64,000 nucleotides of DNA from an uncultured Bacilli bacterium (GCA_934096175.1 CAKOLG010000003.1:1-64000), one strand, 5' to 3'; counted from the first letter of the stretch, positions 37,816 through 50,410 are shown. The notes: generated from the letters alone by a model not told the origin. A program made the numbers and translations.

Positions 37816-38760
37816 TTAATCGCGGAACTTAAGTCCCATTTCTTTAACTTTATCTATTACTTCTTTTAATGATTTCTTTCCAAGATTACGTATTTTTGTA
37901 ACTTCTACTTCTTTTCTAGAAATTAAATCTTGTACAGTATTTACGCCTGCTCTTTTTAAGCAATTGTAAGCACGAACTGAGAATTCGATTTCTTCAATTG
38001 GTGTTTCTAATGTTTTAGTAATTGTATCTACTTTTTTCTCAGCCATTAGTCCTGATACATCACTGATTGAATTTAAATCAGTTAAAATATTAAAATGTTC
38101 AATTAAAATTCTTGAAGATAGTGCTATTGCTTCTTCTGGAGTAATTGAACCATTAGTATAAACATTCATAATCAATTTATCAAAGTTTTCGTTTTGGCCA
38201 ACACGTGCACTTTCTACTTCATAGCTAACTCTTTCAATAGGTGAATAAAGTGAATCTATTGCAATAACTCCTACTTTATTTTCGCCTAACAATTTTTGAT
38301 TTGCTTTTGAGTCAACATATCCTCTACCATTACCTACTGTCATTTCCATTTCTAGTTTTCCACCTTTTTCAAGGTTAGCAATAACTAATTCTGGATTAAT
38401 AATTTCGATATCAGCATCGTGTTCAATATCACCTGCTGTAACTGGTCCTTCAGCATTTGCAGATAGTCTGATAATTTTATTATCTTCAGAATGATTTTTA
38501 ATAACTATGCTTTTTAAAGCTAGAATGATTGAAGTTACATCTTCAACAATACCATCAATTTTTTGAAATTCATGCATAACACCTTCAATTTTGACAGATG
38601 TAATTGCACTTCCTGGTAGTGATGATAACATAACTCTTCTAAGAGCATTTCCAATAGTAGTACCAAAACCTCTTTCAAGTGGTTCTAGTTCAAATTTTCC
38701 ATAGTGATTACTTTCAATATATTCGCTAATTTTATATTCTGGTTTTTCAAATCTTAACAT
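37816..38760 (-). CDS. rpoA: DNA-directed RNA polymerase alpha subunit.
   Basis: N-terminal and C-terminal alpha domains; context. Confidence 0.95.
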   Translation of the reverse strand: MLRFEKPEYKISEYIESNHYGKFELEPLERGFGTTIGNALRRVMLSSLPGSAITSVKIEGVMHEFQKIDGIVEDVTSIILALKSIVIKNHSEDNKIIRLSANAEGPVTAGDIEHDADIEIINPELVIANLEKGGKLEMEMTVGNGRGYVDSKANQKLLGENKVGVIAIDSLYSPIERVSYEVESARVGQNENFDKLIMNVYTNGSITPEEAIALSSRILIEHFNILTDLNSISDVSGLMAEKKVDTITKTLETPIEEIEFSVRAYNCLKRAGVNTVQDLISRKEVEVTKIRNLGKKSLKEVIDKVKEMGLKFRD

Positions 38761-38786
38761 TTCCTTAAGTCCCTTCTTTCAAAAAA

Positions 38787-39170
38787 TTAATTTCTTGGAC
38801 GTTTTGGTGGACGACATCCGTTATGTGGAACAGGAGTTACGTCATTAATTGTAGTGATTTCTAAACCTGCAGTTTGTAATGAACGAATTGCATTTTCACG
38901 TCCTGCGCCTAAGCCTTTAACATAAACTTCTACTTTTTTTACACCATTATCCATTGCAGCTTTAGCAGCAGCTTCTGCGCTTAAACCAGCAGCAAATGGA
39001 GTTTTCTTTTTTGATCCTTTATAACCAATTGTTCCAGCAGAAGCCCAACTTATAACGTTTCCGTCTTTATCTGTTATTGATACAACAGTGTTATTGTATG
39101 TTGAGTGAATATGTGCTTGTGCTTCAGGAATATTCTTTTTAACTTTTCTTTTTCTTCTATTATAAGCCAT
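38787..39170 (-). CDS. rpsK: 30S ribosomal protein S11.
   Basis: Homology and context. Confidence 0.95.
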   Translation of the reverse strand: MAYNRRKRKVKKNIPEAQAHIHSTYNNTVVSITDKDGNVISWASAGTIGYKGSKKKTPFAAGLSAEAAAKAAMDNGVKKVEVYVKGLGAGRENAIRSLQTAGLEITTINDVTPVPHNGCRPPKRPRN

Positions 39171-39188
39171 AATTTAACCTCCTATTTA

Positions 39189-39563
39189 TTATTTAGTAGC
39201 TTTCTTCTTATTAGCAACTACTTTACCTTTACCTTTTCTTGTACGAGCATTTCTTGAAGTTCTTTGACCATGTACTGGAAGACCTTTTTTATGTCTTGTA
39301 CCTTGATAGCTGTTAATTTCCATTTTATTTTTGATATTTAGTTGAACTTCACGACGAAGATCTCCTTCTACAGCATGTTTGTCAACTTCAGAACGTAATT
39401 TTGTAATTTCTTCTTCAGTTAAATCTTTTATTTTTTTATTTCTTGCAACGTTAGCATCATCACATATTTGATTTGCTAAACTTCTACCAATTCCATAGAT
39501 TGCTGTTAGTCCGATGCAAGTATGTTTTTCTCCTGGTAATTCAATATTCTTAATACGTGCCAT
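39189..39563 (-). CDS. rpsM: 30S ribosomal protein S13.
   Basis: Homology and context. Confidence 0.95.
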   Translation of the reverse strand: MARIKNIELPGEKHTCIGLTAIYGIGRSLANQICDDANVARNKKIKDLTEEEITKLRSEVDKHAVEGDLRREVQLNIKNKMEINSYQGTRHKKGLPVHGQRTSRNARTRKGKGKVVANKKKATK

Positions 39564-39577
39564 TTCTTGTACCTCCT

Positions 39578-39692
39578 ATTAACCTTGTTTTTGTTTGTGT
39601 TTTGGATTTTCACAAATAACCATTATTTTACCTTTTCTTCTTATTATTTTGCATTTTGCACAAATTTTTTTAACTGATGGTCTTACTTTCAT
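39578..39692 (-). CDS. rpmJ: 50S ribosomal protein L36 (37 aa: [37 protein letters not shown]). It is not in the ORF track.
   Basis: Translated by hand from the minus strand; sits between infA and rpsM. Confidence 0.9.
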
Positions 39693-39704
39693 AATTTACC
39701 TCCA

Positions 39705-39923
39705 TTATCTTTTATTCCATATTATGCGCCCACGTGTTAAATCATAAGGCGACAATTCTATTGTGACTGTATCACCTGGTAAGATACGAATCATATTAAC
39801 TCGCATTTTACCAGAAACGTAGGCTTCTACAGTATGTCCGTTAGGTAATTCAACGATTGGAGTTCCACCTTTTAGGATCTCGACAACCTTACCTTCTACT
39901 TCTATTTTTTCTTCTTTAGCCAT
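39705..39923 (-). CDS. infA: Translation initiation factor IF-1.
   Basis: Homology and context. Confidence 0.95.
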   Translation of the reverse strand: MAKEEKIEVEGKVVEILKGGTPIVELPNGHTVEAYVSGKMRVNMIRILPGDTVTIELSPYDLTRGRIIWNKR

Positions 39924-39979
39924 ATATATCTCCTATTTAAATTTCATAACCTATTTGAGTTTTGGATGTGAATAACTTT

Positions 39980-40642
39980 TTAGTTATCCACATCTATACT
40001 CTCAAGAATTCTTTCTATGTTTTTAAATATCTCTTCAGTACTAAGACTTGCGTCAATAACATGAAGTTTATTTATTTTACTATAATAATCTAATAATGGA
40101 TTAGTAACATTTAAATATGTTTGAAAACGATTTTTAAATGTTTCTTCATTGTCATCTACTCTTTGTACTAACTCATTATGACATTTATCGCATATTCCAT
40201 TCTCTTTTGGCATCAAATTTTGAAAATATTTATTGTAACTTGCCCTACATTTTGGACAAATTAGTCTTCCAAGGGCTCTCTTTTTAGCAGTTTCAAGATC
40301 TAAATCTAAATATATAACAATGTAATCATTTATATTTAAGTTATCAAGTATTTCTGTTAAAGTTTGAGCTTGATTTAAATTTCTTGGATAGCCATCTAAA
40401 ATGAATTTTTGATGATTGATATTTTCTAATTCATTTTTTAAAAGTTTCGTGATTAATTCATCACTTACTAACTCGCCTTTAGATATAATATTTTCGATTT
40501 GCGTTCCAAGCTCTGTTTTATCTGCTATTTCTTTTCTTAGTAAATCGCCTGTTGAAAGATGAGTATAATTATACTTTTTTTCAAGAAGTGAACTTTGTGT
40601 TCCCTTGCCAGCAGCAGGCGGAGCTATAAATATAATATTCAT
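39980..40642 (-). CDS. adk: Adenylate kinase with a zinc-binding LID.
   Basis: GAPGAGKGT-like P-loop and a CPKC..CDKC LID. Confidence 0.95.
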   Translation of the reverse strand: MNIIFIAPPAAGKGTQSSLLEKKYNYTHLSTGDLLRKEIADKTELGTQIENIISKGELVSDELITKLLKNELENINHQKFILDGYPRNLNQAQTLTEILDNLNINDYIVIYLDLDLETAKKRALGRLICPKCRASYNKYFQNLMPKENGICDKCHNELVQRVDDNEETFKNRFQTYLNVTNPLLDYYSKINKLHVIDASLSTEEIFKNIERILESIDVDN

Positions 40643-41901
40643 TATTTTTGTCTTCCCATTCTGTGACTGCGACTTATCAAACTACTCTCAAGTTGTTTGT
40701 ATGTTTCAATTGCAACACCTACAACTATTAGTAATCCTGTTCCTCCAATAGTTACTGAACTTGATAATCCAGAAAAATTTGAGAATAAGATAGGCAATCC
40801 AGCAATTATAATTAAAAATATGGAACCTACAATTGTTAGTTTGCTTAAGACATTACTAACATATTCGACTGTATTATTTCCAGGTCTTACTCCTGGGATA
40901 TATGCACCACTTTTACTTAAGTTTTTAGACATTTCTTCTGGATTCATTTGTAAGAATGTATAGAAATATCCAAAAAAGAATATAAGTAATATATACAAGA
41001 TAAATCCTGTTAAACTAGTATTAACTATATACTTATTTACAAAATCAATTGCAGATTGATTTTTAATTAAGTTTACAATTGTAACAGGTATTGTAATAAG
41101 TGTTGTTGCAAATATTACTGGCATTACACCAGCAGAATTTATTTTTATAGGGAGAAAATTTTGATGTCCTCCGTATGCACTATTTGTTCTGTTAGCATAT
41201 TGAATTGGAATTTTTCTTTCAGCAAGCTGAATCCATACCATTCCAACAATTATTAATATATAAATTATGATGAATGCAGCAAATAATAATGAGCCAATTA
41301 CTTTTGTAAATGTTCCTGCTAGGACTAATTCGTTAAATGCACTAATGAAAATACTAGGCATTGATTGAAGAATTCCAGCCATTATTAGTAATGATAAACC
41401 ATTACCAATACCATGTTTGGTTATTTGATCACCAATCCATAGCAATAAGCAGGTTCCTGCTGTTAAAACAACAGTAGTTTTAAGAATTGTATAAACATCA
41501 GTCGTTCCTGAGAAGACAACTGTAAAGATGTAGCCTTGAACAAAAGCAAATAATACTCCTAAATATCTAGTAATTTTATTTATCTTTTGTTTGCCTGTGT
41601 ATCCTTGTTCTTTTAATTCTTTAAAGTATGGAATTATATCCATTTGTAAAAGTTGGGTTATAATTTGCGCTGTTATGTATGGGCTGACACCTAAGGCAAA
41701 GATGGAAAATGATTTTAAGCCACCTCCAGCCATTAGGTTAAAGATTTCTAGGAAGCCTAGTTCTTCATAAACATTACTAGCCCATGGTACTGTTATTGCA
41801 CTTCCTAAACTAAATATTGCTAAACAAAATAGTGTAAAATATATTCTTTTTCTTAAATCTTTATTTGAGTGGTTGAATAGCTGTTTTAGATTTAAAAACA
41901 T
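40642..41901 (-). CDS. secY: Preprotein translocase subunit SecY.
   Basis: Ten-TM protein; homology and context. Confidence 0.95.
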   Translation of the reverse strand: MFLNLKQLFNHSNKDLRKRIYFTLFCLAIFSLGSAITVPWASNVYEELGFLEIFNLMAGGGLKSFSIFALGVSPYITAQIITQLLQMDIIPYFKELKEQGYTGKQKINKITRYLGVLFAFVQGYIFTVVFSGTTDVYTILKTTVVLTAGTCLLLWIGDQITKHGIGNGLSLLIMAGILQSMPSIFISAFNELVLAGTFTKVIGSLLFAAFIIIYILIIVGMVWIQLAERKIPIQYANRTNSAYGGHQNFLPIKINSAGVMPVIFATTLITIPVTIVNLIKNQSAIDFVNKYIVNTSLTGFILYILLIFFFGYFYTFLQMNPEEMSKNLSKSGAYIPGVRPGNNTVEYVSNVLSKLTIVGSIFLIIIAGLPILFSNFSGLSSSVTIGGTGLLIVVGVAIETYKQLESSLISRSHRMGRQK

Positions 41902-42345
41902 CTAGATCACCTCAGCTTTTCCGCCAGCACTTTCAATTTTTGTAACAGCTGAACTTGAGAATCTATTAGCTTTAATAGTTAATTTTTTCTCTAATTCGCC
42001 ATTGCCTAAGACTTTAATACCACAAAGTTGTTTTTTGATAATTCCTTTTTCTTTTAATGCTTCAGGAGTAACTACGTCTCCGTCATTAAAGTTTTTATTT
42101 AAATCACTTAAATTTATTGTTGCATATTCTACTCTGAAACGAGCATTATTAAAGCCACGTTTAGGAATTCTTCTGTATAAAGGAGTTTGTCCACCTTGGA
42201 ACCAAGCAGAAATGCTTGCTCCAGAACGTGATTTTTGACCATTTTCTCCACGAGTAGCAGTTTTACCCATTCCGCTTCCTGGACCACGGCCAACTCTTTT
42301 TCCTACTTTAGCTTCAGGAGCTTTGTTTAATTCATTTAATTTCAT
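41902..42345 (-). CDS. rplO: 50S ribosomal protein L15. Start placed at MKLNELN behind a GAGGAG RBS.
   Basis: Homology; the start was refined by the RBS. Confidence 0.9.
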   Translation of the reverse strand: MKLNELNKAPEAKVGKRVGRGPGSGMGKTATRGENGQKSRSGASISAWFQGGQTPLYRRIPKRGFNNARFRVEYATINLSDLNKNFNDGDVVTPEALKEKGIIKKQLCGIKVLGNGELEKKLTIKANRFSSSAVTKIESAGGKAEVI

Positions 42346-42346
42346 A

Positions 42347-42850
42347 TTATAACTCCTCAACTTTCTTTCCTCTTAAAGCAGCAACTTTTTCAGGAGTTTT
42401 TTGCATCTTAAGAGCTTCTAATGTTGCTTTGGCAACATTTATTTTAGTATTTGATCCAAGTGATTTTGAAACTATGTCATGAACACCAGCAAGTTCAAGA
42501 ACAACTCTGGCAGATCCACCAGCAATAATTCCTGTACCTTCTTTAGCAGGTTTAATTAGTACGCGAGCGCGTCCCATTTCTCCTATAGCTTCATGAGGAA
42601 TTGTTCTGTTATCAATTAAAGCAACTTTTGTTACATTTTTATTAGCTGCTTGAATAGCTTTTTTAATTGCTTCTGGAACTTCGTTAGCTTTTCCAGTTCC
42701 GATTCCTACTAATCCTTTTCTATTTCCAACTACAACTGTTGCTGAAAATCTAAAATGACGTCCACCTTTTGTAACTTTTGTTACACGGCCTATTGAAACA
42801 ACTTTTTCTTCAAGCAAATTTTTCTTAGAGTCCATTTTTGTTTTTGGCAT
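42347..42850 (-). CDS. rpsE: 30S ribosomal protein S5.
   Basis: Homology. Confidence 0.95.
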   Translation of the reverse strand: MPKTKMDSKKNLLEEKVVSIGRVTKVTKGGRHFRFSATVVVGNRKGLVGIGTGKANEVPEAIKKAIQAANKNVTKVALIDNRTIPHEAIGEMGRARVLIKPAKEGTGIIAGGSARVVLELAGVHDIVSKSLGSNTKINVAKATLEALKMQKTPEKVAALRGKKVEEL

Positions 42851-42865
42851 AATCGTACCTCCCTC

Positions 42866-43222
42866 TTAGAATTCTAGTCCATTTTCACGTGCAGCTTCAG
42901 CTAAAGCTTTTACACGACCATGGTAAAGGTATCCACCTCTATCGAAAACAACTTTATTGATTTTTAATTTTTTAGCTTTTTCGGCAATGTCTTTTCCAAC
43001 AAGGCTAGCGCCTTCAACATTACCACCATTTTTTATTTTTAATTCTACTGATGAAGAGCTAACAAGAGTAACGCCCTTAACATCATCGATAATTTGAACA
43101 AATATTTCTGTATTTGATCTAAATACGCTTAATCTTGGACATTCTGCTGTACCACTTATTTTATTACGAATACGAGCATGTCTTCTTTTACGTACATCAT
43201 TTTTTGATTCTTTAACTATCAT
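42866..43222 (-). CDS. rplR: 50S ribosomal protein L18.
   Basis: Homology. Confidence 0.95.
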   Translation of the reverse strand: MIVKESKNDVRKRRHARIRNKISGTAECPRLSVFRSNTEIFVQIIDDVKGVTLVSSSSVELKIKNGGNVEGASLVGKDIAEKAKKLKINKVVFDRGGYLYHGRVKALAEAARENGLEF

Positions 43223-43242
43223 AATATCTCGACTCCTTACCC

Positions 43243-43782
43243 TTATTTAGCAGCTTTCTTTCCTTCTTTACGACGAACATATTCACCTTTATAACGAATA
43301 CCTTTACCTTTATATGGTTCTGGTTCTCTTATAGCACGAATATTTGCCGCAAATGCAGAAACTTGTTGCTTATCAATTCCTGAAACTGAAATTTCAGTAT
43401 TGCTTACTTGTTCAACTTTTAAATCAGCAGGAACTTCTAGAACTACTGGATGAGAATATCCAGCAGAAATATTTAATTTATTTCCTTGAACTTGGAATCT
43501 GTATCCTACTCCTACTGCTTCAAGATTTTTTTGGTAACCTTCAGTTACACCAACTATCATATTTTTTACTAAAGCATTAGTAGTTCCATGTAGTTGTTTT
43601 GATGTTTTAACATCATTTGGTCTTTTTGTAATTATTTTGCCTTCAACTTCTTCAACTGTGATGATATTAGCTTTTTCGTAGCTTAATTCACCTTTAGGAC
43701 CTTTTACAGTTACAGTATTATTATCAACAGTTACAGTAACACCAGCAGGTACTACTAATTCTCTTTTTCCTATTCTACTCAT
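43243..43782 (-). CDS. rplF: 50S ribosomal protein L6.
   Basis: Homology. Confidence 0.95.
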   Translation of the reverse strand: MSRIGKRELVVPAGVTVTVDNNTVTVKGPKGELSYEKANIITVEEVEGKIITKRPNDVKTSKQLHGTTNALVKNMIVGVTEGYQKNLEAVGVGYRFQVQGNKLNISAGYSHPVVLEVPADLKVEQVSNTEISVSGIDKQQVSAFAANIRAIREPEPYKGKGIRYKGEYVRRKEGKKAAK

Positions 43783-43794
43783 AACTCAATTTCC

Positions 43795-44190
43795 TTACCA
43801 AATATAGGCAAGTACTTCTCCTCCTAGACCAGCTTCACGAGCTTCTTTATCAGTCATTAATCCTTTTGAAGTTGAAATGATGGCAATTCCTAAACCGTTA
43901 AGTACACGAGGAATTTCATCACTCTTGGCATAGACACGTAATCCTGATTTAGAAATTCTTTTAAGACCAGTAATTACTCTTTCTTTTTTAGCGCCATATT
44001 TTAGTGTTAAAGTCATTTTATCACCTTTAACATTTTTTTCATATTTATAATCTGCTATGTAACCTTCACGTTTTAAAATTTCAGCGATTCCTAAAGTCAT
44101 CTTTGAACCTAAAACTTCAACTGTTTCATATTTCATTTGATTTGCATTACGTATTCTTGTAAGCATATCAGCTATTCTATCTCCAACCAT
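43795..44190 (-). CDS. rpsH: 30S ribosomal protein S8.
   Basis: Homology. Confidence 0.95.
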   Translation of the reverse strand: MVGDRIADMLTRIRNANQMKYETVEVLGSKMTLGIAEILKREGYIADYKYEKNVKGDKMTLTLKYGAKKERVITGLKRISKSGLRVYAKSDEIPRVLNGLGIAIISTSKGLMTDKEAREAGLGGEVLAYIW

Positions 44191-44208
44191 AATCTAAATT
44201 CCTCCTTT

Positions 44209-44394
44209 CTACCAACTTGACTTTTTAACGCCTGGAATTTGTCCGTTATTTGCTAATTCTCTAAAACAAATACGGCATATTTTATATTTACGAAGAACTC
44301 CATGAGGACGTCCACATCTTTCGCAACGAGTATAAGCTCTTGATTTAAATTTAGGAGCTCTTTGTTGTTTTATTTTTAAACTTGTCTTTGCCAT
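44209..44394 (-). CDS. rpsN: 30S ribosomal protein S14, zinc-binding type Z (61 aa).
   Basis: CERCGRP..CRICFR. Confidence 0.95.
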   Translation of the reverse strand: MAKTSLKIKQQRAPKFKSRAYTRCERCGRPHGVLRKYKICRICFRELANNGQIPGVKKSSW

Positions 44395-44412
44395 AAATAT
44401 TTTCCTCCTCTA

Positions 44413-44952
44413 TTACTTTCTAAATGGCATTCCGAATCCACTTAGTAATTCGAATGCTTCTTCGTTTGTTTTAGCTGTTGTAACGAATACAATGTCCATA
44501 CCTCTAACTTTAAGTACTTGATCATATTCTATTTCTGGAAATATAATTTGTTCTTTAATTCCTAAAGTGTAGTTACCTTTTCCATCAAATGCATTTTTAG
44601 ATACACCTCTGAAATCACGTACACGTGGAAGTGAAACTTTAATTAATTTTTCCATGAAATTATACATATTTTCACCACGTAATGTAACCTTAGCTCCAAT
44701 TACTTGGCCTTCTCTTAATTTGAAGCCAGCTATAGATTTACGAGCTTTTGTTACTACAGGTTTTTGACCAGCAATTAATTCTAGATCTTTTACTGCAGCT
44801 TCAATGAATTTTGAATCATGTGAAGCTTCTCCAACTCCCATGTTAATTACTATTTTTTCTAATTTTGGAACTTCCATAATAGATGAATAATTAAATTTTT
44901 TCATAAGAGAGTCAGTAATTTGTTCATTATATAATTCTTTAAATGTACTCAT
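44413..44952 (-). CDS. rplE: 50S ribosomal protein L5.
   Basis: Homology. Confidence 0.95.
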   Translation of the reverse strand: MSTFKELYNEQITDSLMKKFNYSSIMEVPKLEKIVINMGVGEASHDSKFIEAAVKDLELIAGQKPVVTKARKSIAGFKLREGQVIGAKVTLRGENMYNFMEKLIKVSLPRVRDFRGVSKNAFDGKGNYTLGIKEQIIFPEIEYDQVLKVRGMDIVFVTTAKTNEEAFELLSGFGMPFRK

Positions 44953-44963
44953 ATTTTTCTCTC

Positions 44964-45275
44964 CTAACTAGCTTTCTTTTCTGTTTTTTTTGTTGCTTTT
45001 TTTGGTTCTTTTACTTCTTTAGCAACTTTTTTTGTTTCTTTTGTAGCTTTTTTAGTTTCTTCAACCACTTTTACGTTAGATACATGAATTGGTGCTTCTA
45101 CTTCAACAATAGATCCAACTTCATTCATTCTGTTTGGTTTAACATGCTTTTTAATTATATTTACTCCTTCAACAACAACTTTGTTGTCTTTTTTTAGAGT
45201 TTTGATTATTTTTCCTTCTTTGCCTCTATCTTTTCCGGCAAGAACTTTTACATTATCTCCAACTTTAACTTTCAT
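44964..45275 (-). CDS. rplX: 50S ribosomal protein L24 with a Lys-rich C-terminal extension.
   Basis: Homology. Confidence 0.9.
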   Translation of the reverse strand: MKVKVGDNVKVLAGKDRGKEGKIIKTLKKDNKVVVEGVNIIKKHVKPNRMNEVGSIVEVEAPIHVSNVKVVEETKKATKETKKVAKEVKEPKKATKKTEKKAS

Positions 45276-45286
45276 ATCTAGTCCTC

Positions 45287-45655
45287 CTATAATACTTCAG
45301 GTGCTAGTGAAACAATTTTCATGAAATCTTTTTCACGAAGTTCACGTGCAACAGGTCCTAGAACTCTTGTTCCAATTGGACTCTTATCTTCTTTTATTAA
45401 TACGCATGCATTATCATCAAATTTGATGTATGAGCCATCAGCACGTCTCACACCTTGAACAGTTCTAACGATTACAGCTTTTACTACTTTTCCTTTTGGA
45501 ACATTACTATTAGGTATAGCTTTTTTTACTGTTCCAACTACGATATCACCGATATTACCAGTTTTAACTTTACTTCCGCCAACTACTCTAATAACAAGTA
45601 ATTCACGAGCTCCTGAGTTATCAGCAACTTTAAGTCTTGTTTCTTGCATTACCAT
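45287..45655 (-). CDS. rplN: 50S ribosomal protein L14.
   Basis: Homology. Confidence 0.95.
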   Translation of the reverse strand: MVMQETRLKVADNSGARELLVIRVVGGSKVKTGNIGDIVVGTVKKAIPNSNVPKGKVVKAVIVRTVQGVRRADGSYIKFDDNACVLIKEDKSPIGTRVLGPVARELREKDFMKIVSLAPEVL

Positions 45656-45666
45656 AATGATACCTC

Positions 45667-45927
45667 CTATAGAACTACAGCTTCAACTAGTACTTCAACA
45701 AGTTCATATCTTTTAGTTTTAGATAATGGTCTAGTACTAATAATCTTAACTGTGTCTCCTTCTTTTGCTTTATTCAATTCGTCATGAGCTGTATATTTTT
45801 TTGAATATTTAACTCTTTTTCCATAAAGTGGATGCTTTTTATATGTTTCAACTAAAACAGTAATAGTTTTGTCATTTTTTGCACTAACAACTTTACCAAC
45901 TAGTGTTGTTCTTTTAGTTTCTGCCAT
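45667..45927 (-). CDS. rpsQ: 30S ribosomal protein S17.
   Basis: Homology. Confidence 0.95.
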   Translation of the reverse strand: MAETKRTTLVGKVVSAKNDKTITVLVETYKKHPLYGKRVKYSKKYTAHDELNKAKEGDTVKIISTRPLSKTKRYELVEVLVEAVVL

Positions 45928-46145
45928 TATTTTTCGCCTCCATTTTCATTTTTTCTTTCATTTAGAATTGTATTCATTCTAGCTACATTTTTTCTTAATT
46001 CACGAATCCTAGATGGTTTTTCTAATGAACCAGTTGATTGTTTTAATCTTAAATCGAATAATTCTTTTTTTGCTTCTTTAATTTTTGCTTCTAATTCTTC
46101 GTTAGATAAAGCTCTTAGTTCTTTAACTACTTCATTAACCTTCAT
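45927..46145 (-). CDS. rpmC: 50S ribosomal protein L29. Start placed at ATG MKVNEVV; the track's upstream start codon is GTG.
   Basis: Homology; AAGGCGGTGA RBS. Confidence 0.9.
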   Translation of the reverse strand: MKVNEVVKELRALSNEELEAKIKEAKKELFDLRLKQSTGSLEKPSRIRELRKNVARMNTILNERKNENGGEK

Positions 46146-46569
46146 TAGATTCACCGCCTTTATTTTCCTTTTTTACTATTTTACAAGTAATAGGTAATTT
46201 ATGTGATGCAAGTCTTAAAGCTTCTCTAGCGATTGCTTCATCTACACCACCGATTTCAAACATTATTTTTCCTTTTTTAACAACAGCAACCCATTGTTCA
46301 ACACTACCTTTACCTTTACCTTGACGAACGCCTAATGGTTTTTTAGTTAAAGGCATATGTGGGAAAATGTTAATCCATACTTGGCCACCACGTTTCATGA
46401 AACGAGTCATTGCAATACGTGCTGCTTCAATTTGTTGTGCTGTAATCCATGCACCTTCACATGCTGCTAGACCATATTCTCCATAATGAAGTTCTGTATT
46501 TCCTTTAGCACGTCCTTCGTATGATAAACGATGAAGTTTACGATACTTAGTTCTTTTTGGCATCAACAT
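46135..46569 (-). CDS. rplP: 50S ribosomal protein L16. Start is likely [11 protein letters not shown].
   Basis: Homology. Confidence 0.9.
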   Translation of the reverse strand: MLMPKRTKYRKLHRLSYEGRAKGNTELHYGEYGLAACEGAWITAQQIEAARIAMTRFMKRGGQVWINIFPHMPLTKKPLGVRQGKGKGSVEQWVAVVKKGKIMFEIGGVDEAIAREALRLASHKLPITCKIVKKENKGGESNEG

Positions 46570-47227
46570 TTTTAACATCTCCCTTCGTTACTTTTTTAGT
46601 AGGAAGAATTTCTCCTTTGTAAATCCATACTTTTACACCAATTTTTCCATATGTTGTATTAGCTTCAGCTGTTGCGTAATCAATATCAGCTCTGATTGTG
46701 TGTAATGGAACTGTACCTTCTGTATAACCTTCAGTACGTGCCATTTCAGCTCCACCTAATCTTCCTGAAACTGATGTTTTAATACCTTTTGCTCCAGCCT
46801 TCATTGTATTTCTAATTGCTCTTTTTTGAGCGCTTCTAAATGGTGCTCTTGCTTCAATTTGTTGAGCGATTTGTTCTGCAACTAATTTTGCATTTAAATC
46901 TGGATTTTTAACTTCAATAATTGAAACAAATATTTCTTCATCTACTAATTTTTTTAATTCATTTCTTAATTTTTCAATATCTTCTCCGCCATGTCCGATA
47001 ATAACACCAGGTTTAGCAGTATAAATCTTAACATCTGTTCTTTTTTCAGTTCTTTCAATAACTACAGATGCAACAGCAGCGTCTTTCATTTTGCTAGCTA
47101 AAAATTTACGAATTTTATTATCATTATTTAAAAGATTACCAAATTCTTTTTTGTTAGCAAACCAATTAGCTTCCCAATCTTTATTAACGCCGATTCTTAG
47201 TCCTATTGGATTAACTTTTTGTCCCAT
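46547..47227 (-). CDS. rpsC: 30S ribosomal protein S3.
   Basis: Homology. Confidence 0.95.
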   Translation of the reverse strand: MGQKVNPIGLRIGVNKDWEANWFANKKEFGNLLNNDNKIRKFLASKMKDAAVASVVIERTEKRTDVKIYTAKPGVIIGHGGEDIEKLRNELKKLVDEEIFVSIIEVKNPDLNAKLVAEQIAQQIEARAPFRSAQKRAIRNTMKAGAKGIKTSVSGRLGGAEMARTEGYTEGTVPLHTIRADIDYATAEANTTYGKIGVKVWIYKGEILPTKKVTKGDVKNVDAKKN

Positions 47228-47228
47228 A

Positions 47229-47573
47229 CTATTTTACCTCCTTATTATCAGATACTTTTACGGTAATATGACTTGTTCTTTTGTCTCTTCTATCAACTTT
47301 TGTTCTTGAACCAAATTTGATTCTTTTTAATACTTGTCCTGGATTAATATAGCATTCAGAGATTACAAGTTCAGATTCATTTGCTCCAAGGTTGTTAACA
47401 GCATTAGCTATTGCAGAGTTTAATACTTTTAAAATCAATTTGCTAGCTTTTGTGTTTGTTGTTTCTAAGATTCCTTGTGCAGTATGTACATCTTTGCCTC
47501 TTATAAGGTCAAGTGTCATTCTAGCTTTACGAGGTGCAATCATTGCGCCTTTATGTATTGCATATGTTTCCAT
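47229..47573 (-). CDS. rplV: 50S ribosomal protein L22.
   Basis: Homology. Confidence 0.95.
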   Translation of the reverse strand: METYAIHKGAMIAPRKARMTLDLIRGKDVHTAQGILETTNTKASKLILKVLNSAIANAVNNLGANESELVISECYINPGQVLKRIKFGSRTKVDRRDKRTSHITVKVSDNKEVK

Positions 47574-47590
47574 TTACTTACTCTCCCTTC

Positions 47591-47854
47591 CTACTTTTGT
47601 CCAGCATGTCCGCCGAATTTACGTGTTAATGCGAACTCACCTAATTTATGTCCAACCATATCTTCAGTAATATAAACTGGGATAAATTCTTTACCATTAT
47701 GAACAGCTATTGTATGTCCTACAAAATCAGGATAAATAGTTGAACGACGAGACCAAGTTTTAATAACTTCTTTTTTGTTGTTTTTATTTAATTCTTGAAC
47801 CTTTTTAAGTAATCTTTCGAATACATATGGTCCTTTTTTCAAACTTCTTGCCAT
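47591..47854 (-). CDS. rpsS: 30S ribosomal protein S19.
   Basis: Homology. Confidence 0.95.
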   Translation of the reverse strand: MARSLKKGPYVFERLLKKVQELNKNNKKEVIKTWSRRSTIYPDFVGHTIAVHNGKEFIPVYITEDMVGHKLGEFALTRKFGGHAGQK

Positions 47855-47866
47855 TATTATTTCCTC

Positions 47867-48697
47867 CTATTTTTTCTTACGACTAACAATTAGCTTGTTA
47901 GATTTCTTCTTACTACTACGAGTTTTAACACCCATAGCTTTTTTACCCCATGGAGTCATTGGTGCTTTACGTCCAACTGGTGTACGTCCTTCACCACCAC
48001 CATGTGGGTGGTCATTAGGGTTCATAACAGAACCACGGTTTGTTGGTCTAACGCCTAAGTGACGAGTACGACCAGCTTTTCCCCAGTTTACTAATTCATA
48101 GTCTTCATTACCAACTACACCGATAGTAGCCATACATGTTCCTAAAACTTTTCTTGTTTCACCAGATTGTAATCTAATTAAAACATATTTGTCTTCACGT
48201 CCTAGAATTTGTGCACTTGTTCCTGCGGCACGACACATTGCAGCGCCTTTACCAGGATTTAGTTCTATGCAGTGTACTGTTGTACCAACTGGAATATTTG
48301 CGATTGGTAAAGCGTTACCTACTTTAATATCTGCATTTGGTCCGCTTTCGATTATTGCACCAACAGTTAAATCTTTTGGAGCAATAATATATCTTTTTTC
48401 TCCATCTCTATAATTGATTAATGCAATATTTGCGTTACGATTTGGATCATATTCAATAGTAGCAACTTTTCCAGTTATACCAGCTTTATCTCTTTTAAAA
48501 TCGATAACTCTGTATTTTTGTTTAGCTCCGCCACCAATGTGACGTACTGTCATTCTACCTTGATTATTTCTTCCACCTGTTTTTGGTTTAGAAACAAGTA
48601 GTGATTTTTCAGGAGTAGAAGTTGTTATTTCAGTATTAGCTAATGTTGTCATCCCACGACGACCATTAGTCGTTGGTTTATAATTTTTTATTGCCAT
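47867..48697 (-). CDS. rplB: 50S ribosomal protein L2.
   Basis: Homology. Confidence 0.95.
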   Translation of the reverse strand: MAIKNYKPTTNGRRGMTTLANTEITTSTPEKSLLVSKPKTGGRNNQGRMTVRHIGGGAKQKYRVIDFKRDKAGITGKVATIEYDPNRNANIALINYRDGEKRYIIAPKDLTVGAIIESGPNADIKVGNALPIANIPVGTTVHCIELNPGKGAAMCRAAGTSAQILGREDKYVLIRLQSGETRKVLGTCMATIGVVGNEDYELVNWGKAGRTRHLGVRPTNRGSVMNPNDHPHGGGEGRTPVGRKAPMTPWGKKAMGVKTRSSKKKSNKLIVSRKKK

Positions 48698-48712
48698 TAT
48701 TCTTCACTCCTT

Positions 48713-48988
48713 CTATAGTTCAATTTTGTCGCCATCAGCCAAAGTGATGAACGCTTTTTTATAAGTTTTTGTTTTTCCTGTGTATCTTCCAACTCTTTTA
48801 GCTTTTGATTTAGTATTTAAAGTATTAATTTTAGTTACTTTAACACCAAAAGCTTCTTCAATTGCTTTTTTAATAGCAATTTTATTTGCATCAGCAGCAA
48901 CTTTGAAAGTATAAACATTTTTTTCTGCTTGTGCAGCAGATTTTTCTGTAATTACAGGTGCGATAATAATATCAGTATAATCTTTCAT
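48713..48988 (-). CDS. rplW: 50S ribosomal protein L23.
   Basis: Homology. Confidence 0.95.
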   Translation of the reverse strand: MKDYTDIIIAPVITEKSAAQAEKNVYTFKVAADANKIAIKKAIEEAFGVKVTKINTLNTKSKAKRVGRYTGKTKTYKKAFITLADGDKIEL

Positions 48989-49611
48989 TATTTAAGTCCC
49001 CCTTCAATTACTTTAACTGCATCTTCGTCAACAACTAAGATATCAGAGTTTACTATGTCATAGCAATTTATTTCGTTAGCCATAATTGCATAAGCATAAC
49101 CTAAATTTCTGCTAGCCATGTATAAATTTTCATTTTCATCGGCAGTAACAAATAATACTTTGCCTGCTAAATCTAATGTTTTTAGTAAGTCTTTAACTTC
49201 TTTTGTTTTTAAAGAATTCAATTTAATGTTATCAACTACTACTAGTTCTTTATCTTGAAATTTATGAGTTAAAGCACTTTTAAGAGCTAAGCTTCTTTCT
49301 TTTTTGTTGATATCAAAAGTGTAATCTCTTGGTGTAACTCCACCAGATATTCCACCACCACGCCATTGTGTAGCACGGATAGAACCTTGTCTTGCTCTAC
49401 CAGTTCCTTTTTGTCTCCATGGTTTTCTTCCACCACCTGAAACTTCAGAACGTGTTTTTGTTTTTGCAGTACCTTGTCTAGTAGCTGCTAATTGTAAGTC
49501 AATTGCTTTTTTTAGAACTATATCATTAGTTTCAATGTTCCATACGCTATCAGCTAAAGTTAAATCTTTTAGTTTTTCACCTTTTATATTAATTAATTGT
49601 ATTTTTGCCAT
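48988..49611 (-). CDS. rplD: 50S ribosomal protein L4.
   Basis: Homology. Confidence 0.95.
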   Translation of the reverse strand: MAKIQLINIKGEKLKDLTLADSVWNIETNDIVLKKAIDLQLAATRQGTAKTKTRSEVSGGGRKPWRQKGTGRARQGSIRATQWRGGGISGGVTPRDYTFDINKKERSLALKSALTHKFQDKELVVVDNIKLNSLKTKEVKDLLKTLDLAGKVLFVTADENENLYMASRNLGYAYAIMANEINCYDIVNSDILVVDEDAVKVIEGGLK

Positions 49612-49634
49612 ATTAGATCACCTTTCTAAGTAAA

Positions 49635-50393
49635 TTACTTACTTTCTCCTTGGTTTTCTTCTGTAGCTTCTACAACCTCAGCATTTTCTGCTACTGGAGT
49701 TGAGTTTTCTACAACTTCATCAACTACTGTTTGTTCAACATAGCTTAAGATTTCTTTTGGTTCATTAGAACCATTTTTCTTAACAGATGTTTTGATTAAA
49801 ACTAAAGATTGTTTAGCTCCTGGAATATTTCCACTAACTAAAATATAATTTTCTGCAGCATTTACTTCAATTATTTCAAGATTTTGGATTGTTGTTGTTT
49901 CAACACCCATGTGTCCTGGTAATTTTTTACCTTTCAAAACATGCATTGGTAGCATTGTTCCTAGTGAACCAGGTCTTCTGTGATAACGTGAACCGTGAGC
50001 CATTGGGCCTCTTGATTGATTCCAGCGTTTGATAACACCTTCAGTACCATGTCCTTTACTAGTACCAGTTACGTCAACATATTCACCAGCAGTGAACACA
50101 TTAGCGCTAATAGTATCTCCTAAGTTATAAGTGCCTTCGTAATCACGAATTTCTTTTAAGTAGCGCTTAGGAGTTGTGCTTGCTTTTTTAGCATGACCTA
50201 TGCTAGCTTTACTAGCGTTTTTTTCTTTCTTATCTACTGTAGCTAATTGAATTGCATTGTAGCCATCTGTTTCAACAGTTTTGATTTGTGTTACAACATT
50301 TGGTTCAATTGAAACAACTGTTACAGGAATAAGTTTTCCATCTTTTGTGAAGACTTGAGTCATTCCGACTTTACGTCCTAAGATTCCTTTCAT
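49635..50393 (-). CDS. rplC: 50S ribosomal protein L3 with an acidic C-terminal extension.
   Basis: Homology. Confidence 0.95.
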   Translation of the reverse strand: MKGILGRKVGMTQVFTKDGKLIPVTVVSIEPNVVTQIKTVETDGYNAIQLATVDKKEKNASKASIGHAKKASTTPKRYLKEIRDYEGTYNLGDTISANVFTAGEYVDVTGTSKGHGTEGVIKRWNQSRGPMAHGSRYHRRPGSLGTMLPMHVLKGKKLPGHMGVETTTIQNLEIIEVNAAENYILVSGNIPGAKQSLVLIKTSVKKNGSNEPKEILSYVEQTVVDEVVENSTPVAENAEVVEATEENQGESK

Positions 50394-50410
50394 TTCTTTA
50401 CCTCCGTTTA

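Noticed and set aside
40697-48413. Assorted plus-strand ORFs inside the ribosomal cluster (40697, 42002, 43344, 44943, 47091, 47392, 47475, 48189)
   Set aside because: All are antisense to highly conserved ribosomal genes; shadow ORFs.
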